53,696 nt of DNA. Origin: an uncultured archaeon. Lineage in GTDB: Archaea; Altiarchaeota; Altiarchaeia; JAFGQM01. The notes below the pieces were generated by a model that was not told where the DNA came from, did not search any database, and saw only the letters and a list, made by a program, of their open reading frames with translations. The DNA is taken from the NCBI GenBank assembly GCA_964619365.1, contig CAZUDQ010000008.1, positions 1-53,696 of the forward strand. The letters are read 5' to 3'. The translations under genes and the position numbers were made by a program. Shown one piece after another: positions 23,364 to 34,033 of this stretch (the first letter of the stretch is position 1; each line of letters opens with the position of its first letter).

Positions 23364-24998
23364 ATGGCTGGACAACAGATACCAGTAGTCCTTCTTCCTG
23401 AGGGCTACACTAGGACACAAGGAAGAGACGCTCAGAGAATGAACATCATGGCAGCAAAACTGGTTGCCGAAGCCGTGCGCTCAACGCTTGGCCCAAAAGG
23501 CATGGACAAGATGCTAGTTGATGATCTTGGTGATGTAGTCATAACAAATGACGGCGCAACAATTGTTGATGAGATGAAAATCGAACATCCAGCAGCAAAG
23601 ATGATAGTAGAAGTCGCAAAGACTCAGGACGAAGAAGTTGGCGACGGAACGACAACAGCAGTTATCCTTGCAGGAGAACTTCTTAAGAACGCTGAAACAC
23701 TCCTTGATGCGGGAATCCACCCCTCAGTAATTGTTAGGGGATACAGAATGTCTGCTGCAAAGTCAATGGATATTCTTGATTCAATCGCAACAAAGGTTAC
23801 TGTAAACGATAAAAAAGTCCTTACTGAAATCGCGCAGACGGCAATGACTGGAAAGGGTGCAGAATCACACAAAGAATACCTTTCAGAGCTTGCAGTAAAC
23901 GCTGTGCTTCAGGTGGCAGGACCCGATGGAGAAATTGACGTTGATAACGTAAAGATTGAAAAGAAACAGGGTGCAGGTGTCAGGGACACCGAGTTTGTAA
24001 ACGGAGTAATAATCGATAAGGAGATAGTCCACGACGGCATGCCAAAGGTTGTCAAGGACGCAAAAATCGCCCTTATAGACTCAGCTCTTGAAGTAAGCAA
24101 GACAGAGACTGACGCAGAAATAAGAATAACGTCCCCCGACCAGCTTCAGGCATTCCTTGACCAGGAAGAAAAGATGCTAAAAACCATGGTTGACAAGATT
24201 GTTGATTCAGGTGCAAACGTCCTTATATGTCAAAAAGGCATTGATGACGTGGCTCAGCATTACCTTTCAAGAAAGGGGATTGTTGCCGCTCGCCGTGCAA
24301 AGAAAAGCGACATGGAAGCCCTTGCAAAAGCAACAGGCGCACGCGTCGTAACAAATGTTGATGACTTAGGTCCAGCAGAGCTTGGCCACGCAGGCAAAGT
24401 CGAAGAGAAAAAAATCTCAGGCGATAAGATGCTTTTTGTCGAGGATTGCAAAGACCCAAAGGCAGTAAGCATCCTTGTTCGTGGTGGAACAGAGCATGTC
24501 GTTGATGAAGCCGCGCGCGCATTTAATGATGCCATAGGCGGTGTTGCATCTGCAATCGAAGTAGGAAAGGTCGTAACCGGAGGCGGAGCGGCAGAAATCG
24601 AAATATCAAAAGGGCTTCGCGAGTATGCTGAGTCAATAGGTGGCCGTGAGCAACTTGCAATAAACGCATTTGCTGACTCTGTCGAGATAATCCCAAGGAC
24701 TCTGGCTGAAAGCGCAGGTGTTGATGCAATTGATGTTCTCGTTGAACTTCGTTCAAAACACGATGGGCAAGAAGGTAAGATGATAGGCTTTAATGTGATG
24801 GACAACAAAGTCGAAAACCTTTGGAATAAAGGCGTTGTCGAGCCGCAGAAAATAAAGACACAGGCAATAAAGTCTGCTGCCGAGGCTGTGGAGCTGATAC
24901 TTCGTATTGACGATGTAATTGCTTCATCCTCAAAAGGTGGTGGTCAAATGATGCCCCCTGACATGGGCGGAATGGGCGGTATGCCAGGCATGATGTAA
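23364..24998 (+). CDS. ths: Thermosome (group II chaperonin) subunit
   Basis: [33 protein letters not shown]-rich tail. Confidence 0.97.
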   Translation: MAGQQIPVVLLPEGYTRTQGRDAQRMNIMAAKLVAEAVRSTLGPKGMDKMLVDDLGDVVITNDGATIVDEMKIEHPAAKMIVEVAKTQDEEVGDGTTTAVILAGELLKNAETLLDAGIHPSVIVRGYRMSAAKSMDILDSIATKVTVNDKKVLTEIAQTAMTGKGAESHKEYLSELAVNAVLQVAGPDGEIDVDNVKIEKKQGAGVRDTEFVNGVIIDKEIVHDGMPKVVKDAKIALIDSALEVSKTETDAEIRITSPDQLQAFLDQEEKMLKTMVDKIVDSGANVLICQKGIDDVAQHYLSRKGIVAARRAKKSDMEALAKATGARVVTNVDDLGPAELGHAGKVEEKKISGDKMLFVEDCKDPKAVSILVRGGTEHVVDEAARAFNDAIGGVASAIEVGKVVTGGGAAEIEISKGLREYAESIGGREQLAINAFADSVEIIPRTLAESAGVDAIDVLVELRSKHDGQEGKMIGFNVMDNKVENLWNKGVVEPQKIKTQAIKSAAEAVELILRIDDVIASSSKGGGQMMPPDMGGMGGMPGMM

Positions 24999-25054
24999 TA
25001 AGGCTAGCTTAAAACTAGCCTTACTTTTTTTATTTTCTTTTTTCTTCCTTTTTT
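24999..25054 (+). terminator. Hairpin plus oligo-T terminator after thermosome
   Basis: TAAGGCTAG/CTAGCCTTA stem followed by several T tracts. Confidence 0.7.
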
Positions 25055-25094
25055 AAGTAACAATTCTCAAAATAAGCAAATTCTAGTAAACAAA

Positions 25095-25256
25095 ATGCCT
25101 TCACTTAAAACCTCACAGGCTTCAAATCCCCTTGCAGGAGCGGGTATCGTGCGTTATTTCAATGATGACGAGGGCGTAAAGATTGAGCCGACAATTTTTA
25201 TCGGAATCACAGTTGCCTTTATTATCATTGAGCTTGCACTAAATCTTTTTATGTAA
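25095..25256 (+). CDS. secG: Preprotein translocase subunit Sec61beta/SecG (absent from ORF track)
   Basis: 53 aa MPSLKTSQASNPLAGAGIVRYFNDDEGVKIEPTIFIGITVAFIIIELALNLFM; AG.VRYF...K..P plus one C-terminal TM. Confidence 0.88.
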   Translation: MPSLKTSQASNPLAGAGIVRYFNDDEGVKIEPTIFIGITVAFIIIELALNLFM

Positions 25257-25332
25257 AACAAGTCAGATGACTATTATTAAATAACAGTCTAGCTTTTGCT
25301 TTTTTAGCTTATAACTAAAATAATAAACTAGA

Positions 25333-26811
25333 ATGGATTTTAAAGAGCCCAAAATTATTCTTGCAATAATATGTATAATTGGTCTATTGATTGTACTCGC
25401 AATTGTGTTGACCCAACCAAAAACTGAAAACGAACCCCAAACAAACCTCACGGTTAAGATATGTGGCGACGGCAATTGTATAAGTCCTGAAACCTGCGAG
25501 ACTTGTCCAGAGGACTGTGGCGAGTGTGAAGAAGTCACGAGCCTAAACACAGAGCTTCTAAAAAGATGCCCAGACAATGGGCCGTTAGCTTACAAACTGG
25601 CAATAGAATCAGGGGAAGGTGATATTTGTGGATGTATTACTGATGCAACACAAAGGAATTCCTGTCTTGATTCAGTAACTAACAAGAACAGTTTTGAAAC
25701 GGCGATTAATTCTCTTGATGTTTCAGCATGCGACTCCTTAACTGGAATTGCAAAAGAAAGCTGCGTTAATATTGTTTCTCAGGGTGCCGGAACAAGTACG
25801 CCTGAGAACTTAACCGAGTTTATTGCGATGCAGATGTATGAAGAAGGCAACCTTGAAGGTGCAATACCTATTCTTGAATCCATTTTAACTAACGACCCCA
25901 ACGCCTCTTGGGCAAAAGTGCTTCTTGCAAACTCGTATGCGAGCCTTGGCTGGACTCAGTCAAATAAACAGTATGTGGCAAAAGCAGACGAGATGGCAAA
26001 AGAGCTTCTCGAAGAGAATCCAGAAAGTGCGACTGCAAACAGACTAATGGCATATGTCCTTGAAGCGAAAGGCGACCCGGAAGCTGCAGTAGCAAGCTAC
26101 ACTAAGGCAATAGAGGCAAGCCCGGATTTCACTCAAGCTTATATTGGGCGCTCGCATGCATATTCTGTTCTTGCAGAATACGACAAGGCTCTTGCTGATT
26201 TAGATAAAGCAAAGTCCCTTGACACTGCAGGCGACTTCCCAGTAATTGACTCAAGGCTTTGCGGTATCGAGTCACAGTTCTTTGATTTGCAGGATAAGGC
26301 AGTAATCGACTGTAGCAATGTTTTATCCAGTGAAAAGTCAACGTCTGAGGCAAAGTTCGCAGCGTATCTTGAGCTTGGCGACTTATACACCTTAGCTGGA
26401 ATGTATGATAATGCACGCGCAAGCTATGATACAGCCCTTGCATATGGAATAGAAGACGCAGCAGCATATTCTGGTATTGCACACCTTGAAAACGTGCTGG
26501 GTAATTATGACGCAGCAATAACCGCAGCGCAAGGCGCAATAAACGATAATCCTACAAAGACTGTTGCCTACGTAGAACTTGCCTTAGCACAATTTGGCAA
26601 AGGCGACTATTCTGCAGCGATAAAAGCCGCAAACGACGGACTCGCAGTAAGCCTTGCTGACCAGTCACTAATTGGCATGTCTAAATTCACGGTACCTGCG
26701 CAGTTGTATTCTATACTTGCAGACGCGTATAGCGCATCAGGTGACTCCAACAAGGCTGCCCTTTATGCGAGTATGATTGATAGTGAACTTGCAAAATTAG
26801 ACCAAGCTTAA
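25333..26811 (+). CDS. Membrane-anchored Cys-rich/TPR-repeat protein
   Basis: N-terminal TM anchor, CGDGNC...ETCETCPEDC motif, several TPR-like repeats (YTKAIEASPDFTQAYIGR...). Confidence 0.8.
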   Translation: MDFKEPKIILAIICIIGLLIVLAIVLTQPKTENEPQTNLTVKICGDGNCISPETCETCPEDCGECEEVTSLNTELLKRCPDNGPLAYKLAIESGEGDICGCITDATQRNSCLDSVTNKNSFETAINSLDVSACDSLTGIAKESCVNIVSQGAGTSTPENLTEFIAMQMYEEGNLEGAIPILESILTNDPNASWAKVLLANSYASLGWTQSNKQYVAKADEMAKELLEENPESATANRLMAYVLEAKGDPEAAVASYTKAIEASPDFTQAYIGRSHAYSVLAEYDKALADLDKAKSLDTAGDFPVIDSRLCGIESQFFDLQDKAVIDCSNVLSSEKSTSEAKFAAYLELGDLYTLAGMYDNARASYDTALAYGIEDAAAYSGIAHLENVLGNYDAAITAAQGAINDNPTKTVAYVELALAQFGKGDYSAAIKAANDGLAVSLADQSLIGMSKFTVPAQLYSILADAYSASGDSNKAALYASMIDSELAKLDQA

Positions 26812-26814
26812 AAA

Positions 26815-29800
26815 ATGAAAACAAGACAAGACCTTTCCGGAGCAATTAAGTTCAGCGTATTTGTAGTAGCCCTTATCGCAGCAATTTCTTTTGTTTCGGC
26901 TCTTGATGTCGATTTGGCACCGGAGTCCATTCTTACTGGAGAAACACTTACCTGCACAGGGGACAACCCGTTTGGTCTTCCAGAACTAGGAGAAAAGATA
27001 GAATTTGATATTGAGTGGCTAAGAAGTCAGAGTCAAACAAGCGGCTTTACAGTTTTTAAAGTCTTAAGCGGTGATGTAATCAGCAACCCATATTATAATG
27101 TTTGGATTAGCTCAAACGAGATTACAACGACTTTAAGTGGAAGCGATACGAGCATCCCTTCCTACGTAAAATGCAGGATAACTATGAGAGATATCCCCTT
27201 TTCGGCAGTTACTGAAGAAGAATCTGAAGTAATTGAGTACACTGGAGAATCAAATGCGGCTGGAATAAGTCTGGGGACACGCAGTGGAAATTTCATACTA
27301 TACGGTTCGCCAAAAGCAATAGTTTATTTTGGCGATAATGGAAACCCTGTATGCGAGCTTGCAAACGGTCAGCTCTCAGACGCCAACGGTGGTCAGCTCA
27401 CCTACACCTTTGATTGGTACGGGCGATACAATTACCGTGAAGGCTATGACCAGTGGTCATGGACATGGCATCTGATAGTCTCATCAAGTGGATATTCTTT
27501 CGTAAACATACTCCCGACAGTAATGAACTATGTTGCCGTAAAATGCGATATAACTGTAAGCTCGCCAGCTGGTGGGACACTCACCTACAATTCAGGCGAG
27601 CTAATCCTTGGTTCATCAGATGAGGTTACCCAAGAAACGCCCACAGCATATGTTTCCCCGCTTGTCAACGGCAATTCAGTTTATGATGGCATGGATATAA
27701 GTGCATTTGCCGAACTCTCAATGGATTATGGTGTGACGCCCGGATTTGAATGTACCTGGACAAAAAACGGAGAGGTTCTCTCAGCAGAAAACTGTGAGAT
27801 ATCTTCAAGCCAAACAACAGTTGGAGATGAATGGAGCGTCACAGTAAAATCCTGTGTGTCAGGATACTGCAGTCAATACTCAGACCCGATAAGTTTTACT
27901 ATAATAGAAGACCCGGCACTCACTCAAGGGGCCGCGCAGACATTAGAGATAACAGACTTAGATTGGATTCATCACTCAGTATATGTTTCGACATGTGGAC
28001 GGCACGGTGTAAGTGGTGGACATTGGGCAGATACATGCACTGGTGCAAGATATTGTTATAACGGGGATCGTGAAGGTAGTGTATCCATTGATGTGGGTGA
28101 AGTCAATGAGTATGACACCCCAGAAATAGGTACAGATTCGTACTGCTACTATATTGAAAGCGTAAATGAATGGACGCCGTGCAGTCCTGATGCACAATCG
28201 ATTCACGTAAAATATGCAACAGATGTAAATTGGGCGCTGACTCCGGTGAGTCTCATGCCAGGGGGCATTTGCCAAAATCAGGTTGATGTCGTTCCATGGT
28301 GCAATAACCAGCCAACTAGACCCCAAATATCAGTTGAGCCAAACGGCATTTGTACTCAGCAGGAATTCTCCTGCCTAGTGACAGAAGAAAGCGTAGATTT
28401 AGACAATGCGTTCTGCCCAGTTGATAACCCAGAATGCCAAGACGATATAATATACGACTATAGATGGGAGTCAAGAAAGGATGGAACTAGCGAGCTTATT
28501 CAAATGAATCAATATGCGAGCCTTAATAATCCAACATTGACTCATACCATTTCTCCACAAGTCGGTGAATCTGGAACTTGGATATCTAATGTCCAGGCAA
28601 AAGACCCTTACCCAAGCGATGGGGGTATAAGTCTAATTGTATATAGCAACACAGCCGAAGTCTTTGACTGCATAAACTGTACTTCAAACGGCGTATGCGA
28701 CCCCTCACTTTGTCCCGCAGAAATGGAATTTGAGTGTATAGAAGACGAGAATGAGGCGATATGCTATTGTTACCAGGTTCTTGATTGCACAGTAGAAACT
28801 TATGATCCAGATACCGGAACACTCAGTGGTTATGTGTGCGATCCTTCTTTATGCAACACGGCATTACCCTACTGTACCGATGTAAGTGGTTCTTGTATTT
28901 GCAGTTCATCTTGTTCAGCAGGACACCAAGCATGTTCAAGTGATGCAGACTGCCCAGCAGGAACGCCAGACTGCAGAGATGACGGCTGTTGTTATGAATT
29001 CACAGAGTGCGAGAATGTAAGCGCACCTGGAGCCTGCGCGACAAAAGATGATTGCAATTCCAAACTGGGCTCAAGCGGAGTAAACTGGAGATGCGAAGAG
29101 AATATAACTACTTCAGGTGGAAGCATTAATCCTGATGACTGTGAGAATTGTGTTTGCAGACAGATACTGCCCTCATGTAATCTAGGCGATGGCATACGTC
29201 TTACAGGAGAGACATGCGATTCTGACAATGACTGTCCAGACGGCGGGTTTTGCAGTCCGGAAACTTGCCAGTGTGTCTGCGAAGCACCAACAGAATGTCA
29301 GGCATCAAGTTCAAGTTGTTCGATATATGATGATTGCGAGAGCGCTTTTGGCTCAGGGTGGAAATGCTCTGAAGTAATTGATGGTGGAGTTACAACCTGT
29401 GATTGTATCCAGACAACACCAGACATAATGTGTGGCAATGGGGTCCTAGACTCAGGCGAAGATTGCGAGGCAAGCTCTGATTGTACTATAGCAGGACAAA
29501 TATGCACAAGCTCATGCCAGTGCAGAACAGAATGTTCCAACGCGAGCGATTCATGTGATGCGACTTTATGTGCGAGCAATCCGGATGGCAATGCATGCGT
29601 CCCAGACGGCGATTCCTGTTACTGCAATGAATGCCCAGTTACTGATTTCCAGGACTGCATTTCAAGTGCGGAATGTGCCGTCGGACAAAGTTGTGAAGGT
29701 GGCATATGCTCAAACACAAAGGTCCTAGACTCAGATACAAACTCAGGTTGCAGGGCTGAAGCTGTTGGCAGTGGATACGCATGCACAGCACACAAGAATG

Positions 29801-30501
29801 CAAACAAAGAAGTAAATGGGGACAACACCAGGGGGTATTGTTTCCCAGTAGATTATGGCGTTTGCACAACAACACTTAATCCCGGTGCGTGTAACGAGGA
29901 ATACTTAGGGCAGGTCGCCTGTGATTTCATCTTGACTCAAGCTGACCGCAAAGTAAATTCCCAAATAGCGTTTACTGAGATGTCAACAGTGACTAATAAC
30001 AAGAAGAATGAGAGTATCAACTGGAACTTTGACGTAGACTTTAAGAATGGTTGTGTGGGCACATCTGAAAGCTTTGGAAACCTCAACGTAGACCTTGGTG
30101 ATGGAAGTGTAAATGCCGGAGCAGTCTCATTTGAAGTTCCACGTGGATATGTTTGTCAGTATGACATAGTTATGACTGCTAAAAACACAGTTCCAGTAAC
30201 CCAAACTTGTTACGCGTTTAGTACTGATAGCGCACTTATTCCTGGTGAGAGCGTGCCTGAACTTCCAGCGATAACTCATCCGCTTGGAATGTACTCGACA
30301 AGTCCGGCAGACGCCGCAGAAGCATACACCAAAGCATTTATCGCAGTAGATAATTGTCCGGGAGCTGAGGATTCCCTTACGGGCGCAGCAGCGTTCCTCA
30401 GGTCGTGTAATGAAGGTGGGGCAAACGCAGACCTTTCATGTCGCCTTGCGCAGTACTACTCACAGCGCGCAGAAGAGGATATGAACTTTGGCAGGTGTTA
30501 A
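26815..30501 (+). CDS. Large secreted Cys-rich repeat surface protein (1228 aa)
   Basis: Signal peptide ending VSA-L; beta-rich Ig-like segments; many C..D.DC..G..C...C.C repeats; CGNGVLDSGEDC motif. Confidence 0.8.
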   Translation: MKTRQDLSGAIKFSVFVVALIAAISFVSALDVDLAPESILTGETLTCTGDNPFGLPELGEKIEFDIEWLRSQSQTSGFTVFKVLSGDVISNPYYNVWISSNEITTTLSGSDTSIPSYVKCRITMRDIPFSAVTEEESEVIEYTGESNAAGISLGTRSGNFILYGSPKAIVYFGDNGNPVCELANGQLSDANGGQLTYTFDWYGRYNYREGYDQWSWTWHLIVSSSGYSFVNILPTVMNYVAVKCDITVSSPAGGTLTYNSGELILGSSDEVTQETPTAYVSPLVNGNSVYDGMDISAFAELSMDYGVTPGFECTWTKNGEVLSAENCEISSSQTTVGDEWSVTVKSCVSGYCSQYSDPISFTIIEDPALTQGAAQTLEITDLDWIHHSVYVSTCGRHGVSGGHWADTCTGARYCYNGDREGSVSIDVGEVNEYDTPEIGTDSYCYYIESVNEWTPCSPDAQSIHVKYATDVNWALTPVSLMPGGICQNQVDVVPWCNNQPTRPQISVEPNGICTQQEFSCLVTEESVDLDNAFCPVDNPECQDDIIYDYRWESRKDGTSELIQMNQYASLNNPTLTHTISPQVGESGTWISNVQAKDPYPSDGGISLIVYSNTAEVFDCINCTSNGVCDPSLCPAEMEFECIEDENEAICYCYQVLDCTVETYDPDTGTLSGYVCDPSLCNTALPYCTDVSGSCICSSSCSAGHQACSSDADCPAGTPDCRDDGCCYEFTECENVSAPGACATKDDCNSKLGSSGVNWRCEENITTSGGSINPDDCENCVCRQILPSCNLGDGIRLTGETCDSDNDCPDGGFCSPETCQCVCEAPTECQASSSSCSIYDDCESAFGSGWKCSEVIDGGVTTCDCIQTTPDIMCGNGVLDSGEDCEASSDCTIAGQICTSSCQCRTECSNASDSCDATLCASNPDGNACVPDGDSCYCNECPVTDFQDCISSAECAVGQSCEGGICSNTKVLDSDTNSGCRAEAVGSGYACTAHKNANKEVNGDNTRGYCFPVDYGVCTTTLNPGACNEEYLGQVACDFILTQADRKVNSQIAFTEMSTVTNNKKNESINWNFDVDFKNGCVGTSESFGNLNVDLGDGSVNAGAVSFEVPRGYVCQYDIVMTAKNTVPVTQTCYAFSTDSALIPGESVPELPAITHPLGMYSTSPADAAEAYTKAFIAVDNCPGAEDSLTGAAAFLRSCNEGGANADLSCRLAQYYSQRAEEDMNFGRC

Positions 30502-30550
30502 ATCCTGTCAAACTAGTTTCTTTTTTCTTTATTTTCCATCAATCTAGTTA

Positions 30551-31024
30551 GTGAAAAGCAAAAATACCCCCAATATCGACGAAAAAGACCTGAAGATACT
30601 AAGAATCCTTCAAACAGACTCGCGAACGCCGTTTCTTGAGATTGCACGGAAGATAGGTGTTTCTGGTGCGACAATCCATGAGCGTGTAAGGGCACTACGG
30701 GAATCTGGAGTCATAAATGGGTTTTCTATAAACTTAGACTATCATCACCTAGGTTACGACATAACGGCAATAGTTGAGGTCACGCTTGAACATCCTGTAA
30801 AGACAACAGATCCGCTAAGCGTACAACTTGAAAAGATTCCTGAAGTTGTAGAGGCTCATCATATGACAGGCGATACGGATATGTTACTTATGATTCGTGC
30901 CCGCAGCATAGATGAGTTAAGAGATCTTCTAAAAGAAAAGCTTCAGCATCTTCCGGGTGTAAGGCGCCTTTCAACAAGTGTTGTTCTAGATTCACCGGTC
31001 ATGAGGCAGGGTCCGCTTTTCTAA
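30551..31024 (+). CDS. Lrp/AsnC family transcriptional regulator
   Basis: IDEKDLKILRILQ.DSR.PF.EIA..IGVS..T..ERV..L...GVI; RAM domain TGD.D. Confidence 0.92.
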   Translation: MKSKNTPNIDEKDLKILRILQTDSRTPFLEIARKIGVSGATIHERVRALRESGVINGFSINLDYHHLGYDITAIVEVTLEHPVKTTDPLSVQLEKIPEVVEAHHMTGDTDMLLMIRARSIDELRDLLKEKLQHLPGVRRLSTSVVLDSPVMRQGPLF

Positions 31025-31030
31025 AGGCTC

Positions 31031-31231
31031 CTAGGATTTTGATGCCAGTTTGATGTCATCGGCCGTAACAGTCTTTCTGTCGGCGTGTTTTGCAAGGGCT
31101 ATTGCATCCTCTGTTAGCTCCTCTATTTTATCCTTTAAAATAGCGCACATAAGATTTAGCGCATCGGCATCAACTCGCTCCGCACCAGTTTCTTTCATTA
31201 TTTCAAGGATAGGCTCTTGTGGTATTTCCAT
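31031..31231 (-). CDS. Archaeal histone (HMf family), acidic variant
   Basis: MEIP..PI..IMK.TGAERV.....HADRKTVTADDIKLA, 66 aa. Confidence 0.9.
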   Translation of the reverse strand: MEIPQEPILEIMKETGAERVDADALNLMCAILKDKIEELTEDAIALAKHADRKTVTADDIKLASKS

Positions 31232-31334
31232 TGCCTTATTTTGAGCATGCTATAATAAATAAAAGATTTGAAAAACTAACTTTTTTGAAGGTTTTTAGTT
31301 ACAAGTTTCAAATTATGGGGCGTAAGATTTTAAA

Positions 31335-34031
31335 GTGACCAAGCTAAGCAAGGATTATCTCAAGAAAGAATTTGGCAAGAAGGCTGAGCATTACTACAAA
31401 GTAGACATGTTTGATGAGGAAGGATACGAGCGAAAAATATGTTCTAATTGCGGCCGCGCCTTTTGGACTTGCGACTCTGGACGCGAGCTTTGCTCTGACT
31501 CAACCTGCGTTGACTATGGATTTATCAACAATACCATAACAAAAGGCAAGTGGGATTATATCGAGACTTGGGAGCTATTTAAGAAATTCTTTGAGTCGCG
31601 AGGGCACACGCCGATTGACAGGTATCCTGTTGTTGACCGCTGGCGCCCCGACCTCTATTTTACAATAGCGTCAATCCAGGACTTCCAGAGGCTTGATGGC
31701 AAGAACATGAATTTTCTCTATCCAGCTAACCCACTTATAGTCCCGCAGGTGTGCCTGCGTTTCCCCGATATCCAGAATGTTGGAATAACTGGACGTCACT
31801 TAACATCATTTGTCATGTCAGGACAGCATTCATTTAATCATCCTAATGAGCCTGGGGCATACTTTAAAAACCAGTGCCTGCGAAACAACTTTGATTTCCT
31901 GAGTGGGACCATGGGCATTCCAAAAGAAGAGCTTGTCTACCAGGAGGATGTGTGGGCAATGCCCGATTTCTCAGCCTTTGGGCCTTGCATGGAAACCTTC
32001 TCACAAGGTCTCGAGCTTGTAAATTCTGTTTTCATGCAGTTCCAGACAGACGGCACAGACTACGGTTTCCGTGAGCTTGACATGAAGGTAATCGATGTTG
32101 GATGGGGCCACGAGCGCCTTGTGTGGTTCTCGAATGGGACTCCTGCAAGCTACGATTCACTTTTCGGCCCGGTATGCGACAACTTAAAGAAGATTGCAGG
32201 GATAAAAACAGACCCTGAGCTCTTTGCAAAGTATTCAAAAATCGCAGGAAGCCTTGATATGACTGAAACCCGCGACCTTGAAAAGGCTCGCGCAAAAGTC
32301 GCAGAAAGAGTAGGAGTATCAGTAAAGGAGCTAAAAGAGGAAATTGAACCCTTAACTGCAATATACGCAATTGCCGACCACACAAGGACGCTTCTTTTTG
32401 CAACAGCTGACGGAGGAATACCATCAAATGTCGGAGGCGGTTATAACCTAAGAGTAATCCTAAGGCGCGCACTAGGATTTATTGATGAGTTTGACCTGGA
32501 TTTTGACTTAACTGAGATTGCAGGCTGGCACGCAAAGTACCTTAAACCGATGTTCCCAGAATTAACTGAAGGTCTGGCACCCTTCCAAAAGATAATCGGA
32601 ATCGAAGAGGGAAAGTACGCTCAAAGCAAGACAAAGGCTCGCTCAACAATAAAATCCATGATAGAGCGTGGCGAGAAACTGGATTCAGAATCACTTTTAA
32701 CATTATATGAATCCCAGGGGATAACTCCTGAGGAGATAAAGAAGTTCAAACCGGATCTTGTTGTGCCCTCAGGCTTCTACGAACAGATAACAGAACGCCA
32801 TTCAAGCCTAAAAGAGGACAATTCAAAGACTATTCCGATAGACCCGAACTGCTCGACAGAAAAACTGTGTTACTGCTCCGAGCTTGAGTTTGAAGGGACT
32901 GTAATCAAGATAATAGATGATATGGTCATTCTTGACAGGACAGCGTTCTATGCGACAAGCGGCGGACAAGTCCATGACCTAGGCACCTTAAAGGGAATTG
33001 AAGTAACTGAGGTCATAAAACAGGGGAATGTAATCTTGCATAAGGTAAAAGACGCATCATCCTTTGTGATGGGTGAAGTTGTGAAAGGAATTGTAGATTG
33101 TGAGCGCAGGCGCCAGCTTTCACAGAACCACACGGCAGTCCACATAATAAACGGCGCTGCCAGACAGGTTCTAGGAAGTCACGTATGGCAGGCGGGCTCA
33201 GAGGTTCGCCCAGAAAAAGCAAGACTGGATATAACCCATCACTCCGCGATATCCAAAGAAGAGCTAAAGCAAATCGAGGAGATTGCAAATAAAATAGTCA
33301 AAGAAGCAATCCCAATAGATAAATCCATCCTTCCAAGAAAAGATGCCGAGGAAACGTATGGATTCAGAGTATATCAGGGCGGTGCCATACCCCAAAAGGA
33401 ATTGAGGATAACTAAGATTGGCGATTTTGATGTTGAGGCATGTGGCGGGACGCACTGCGATAACACATCAGAGCTTGTAAAAATAAAGATTCTTAAAGTT
33501 TCAAAGATTCAGGATGGCGCAGTTAGGCTTGAATTTGTCGCCGGAAACGCTGCAGAGTCTGCATGCGAAGAAGCAAAAGAGTGCTACATCAGTTCTGTTG
33601 AGTCGTTAGCAGGACTAGTTTCTGCAGATTTAAGCACAAACTTCTCGGAAAAAGAAATGGAAACTGCAGCCAAGGCGCTTTCAGTGCCAATTGACCAGCT
33701 ACCTTTGACAATAGAACGGTTTGTCTCAGAATGGAATAAATACGGAGCGGGTATGCAGTCTCTTGGCGGGCAAAAAGCAGAAAGTTCCTTAGACTCGGCA
33801 AAATCACTTTCCGAAGCCTGCGAAATACTTTTTTCAGAATGGAAAAAGCGCCAGAAGGAAATGAAGTCTCTGGCGTCAGAGCGCATAAAAGAAGAGATTT
33901 TGGCAATACCGGCAGATGAGCCAAAGATTCGCGGCATGTTTTTTGGAATGCGCCTAAAAGACTTAGAAGAAGACCCGACAACACCTCTTGAGGCAACTAT
34001 GGGAAAAGTAATGGCTGTTGCCAAAAAATAG
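31335..34031 (+). CDS. alaS: Alanine--tRNA ligase (archaeal type)
   Basis: IASIQDFQ, VGITGRH, IDVGWGHER, IADHTR, editing motifs HTAVH and CGGTH. Confidence 0.95.
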   Translation: MTKLSKDYLKKEFGKKAEHYYKVDMFDEEGYERKICSNCGRAFWTCDSGRELCSDSTCVDYGFINNTITKGKWDYIETWELFKKFFESRGHTPIDRYPVVDRWRPDLYFTIASIQDFQRLDGKNMNFLYPANPLIVPQVCLRFPDIQNVGITGRHLTSFVMSGQHSFNHPNEPGAYFKNQCLRNNFDFLSGTMGIPKEELVYQEDVWAMPDFSAFGPCMETFSQGLELVNSVFMQFQTDGTDYGFRELDMKVIDVGWGHERLVWFSNGTPASYDSLFGPVCDNLKKIAGIKTDPELFAKYSKIAGSLDMTETRDLEKARAKVAERVGVSVKELKEEIEPLTAIYAIADHTRTLLFATADGGIPSNVGGGYNLRVILRRALGFIDEFDLDFDLTEIAGWHAKYLKPMFPELTEGLAPFQKIIGIEEGKYAQSKTKARSTIKSMIERGEKLDSESLLTLYESQGITPEEIKKFKPDLVVPSGFYEQITERHSSLKEDNSKTIPIDPNCSTEKLCYCSELEFEGTVIKIIDDMVILDRTAFYATSGGQVHDLGTLKGIEVTEVIKQGNVILHKVKDASSFVMGEVVKGIVDCERRRQLSQNHTAVHIINGAARQVLGSHVWQAGSEVRPEKARLDITHHSAISKEELKQIEEIANKIVKEAIPIDKSILPRKDAEETYGFRVYQGGAIPQKELRITKIGDFDVEACGGTHCDNTSELVKIKILKVSKIQDGAVRLEFVAGNAAESACEEAKECYISSVESLAGLVSADLSTNFSEKEMETAAKALSVPIDQLPLTIERFVSEWNKYGAGMQSLGGQKAESSLDSAKSLSEACEILFSEWKKRQKEMKSLASERIKEEILAIPADEPKIRGMFFGMRLKDLEEDPTTPLEATMGKVMAVAKK

Positions 34032-34033
34032 AA

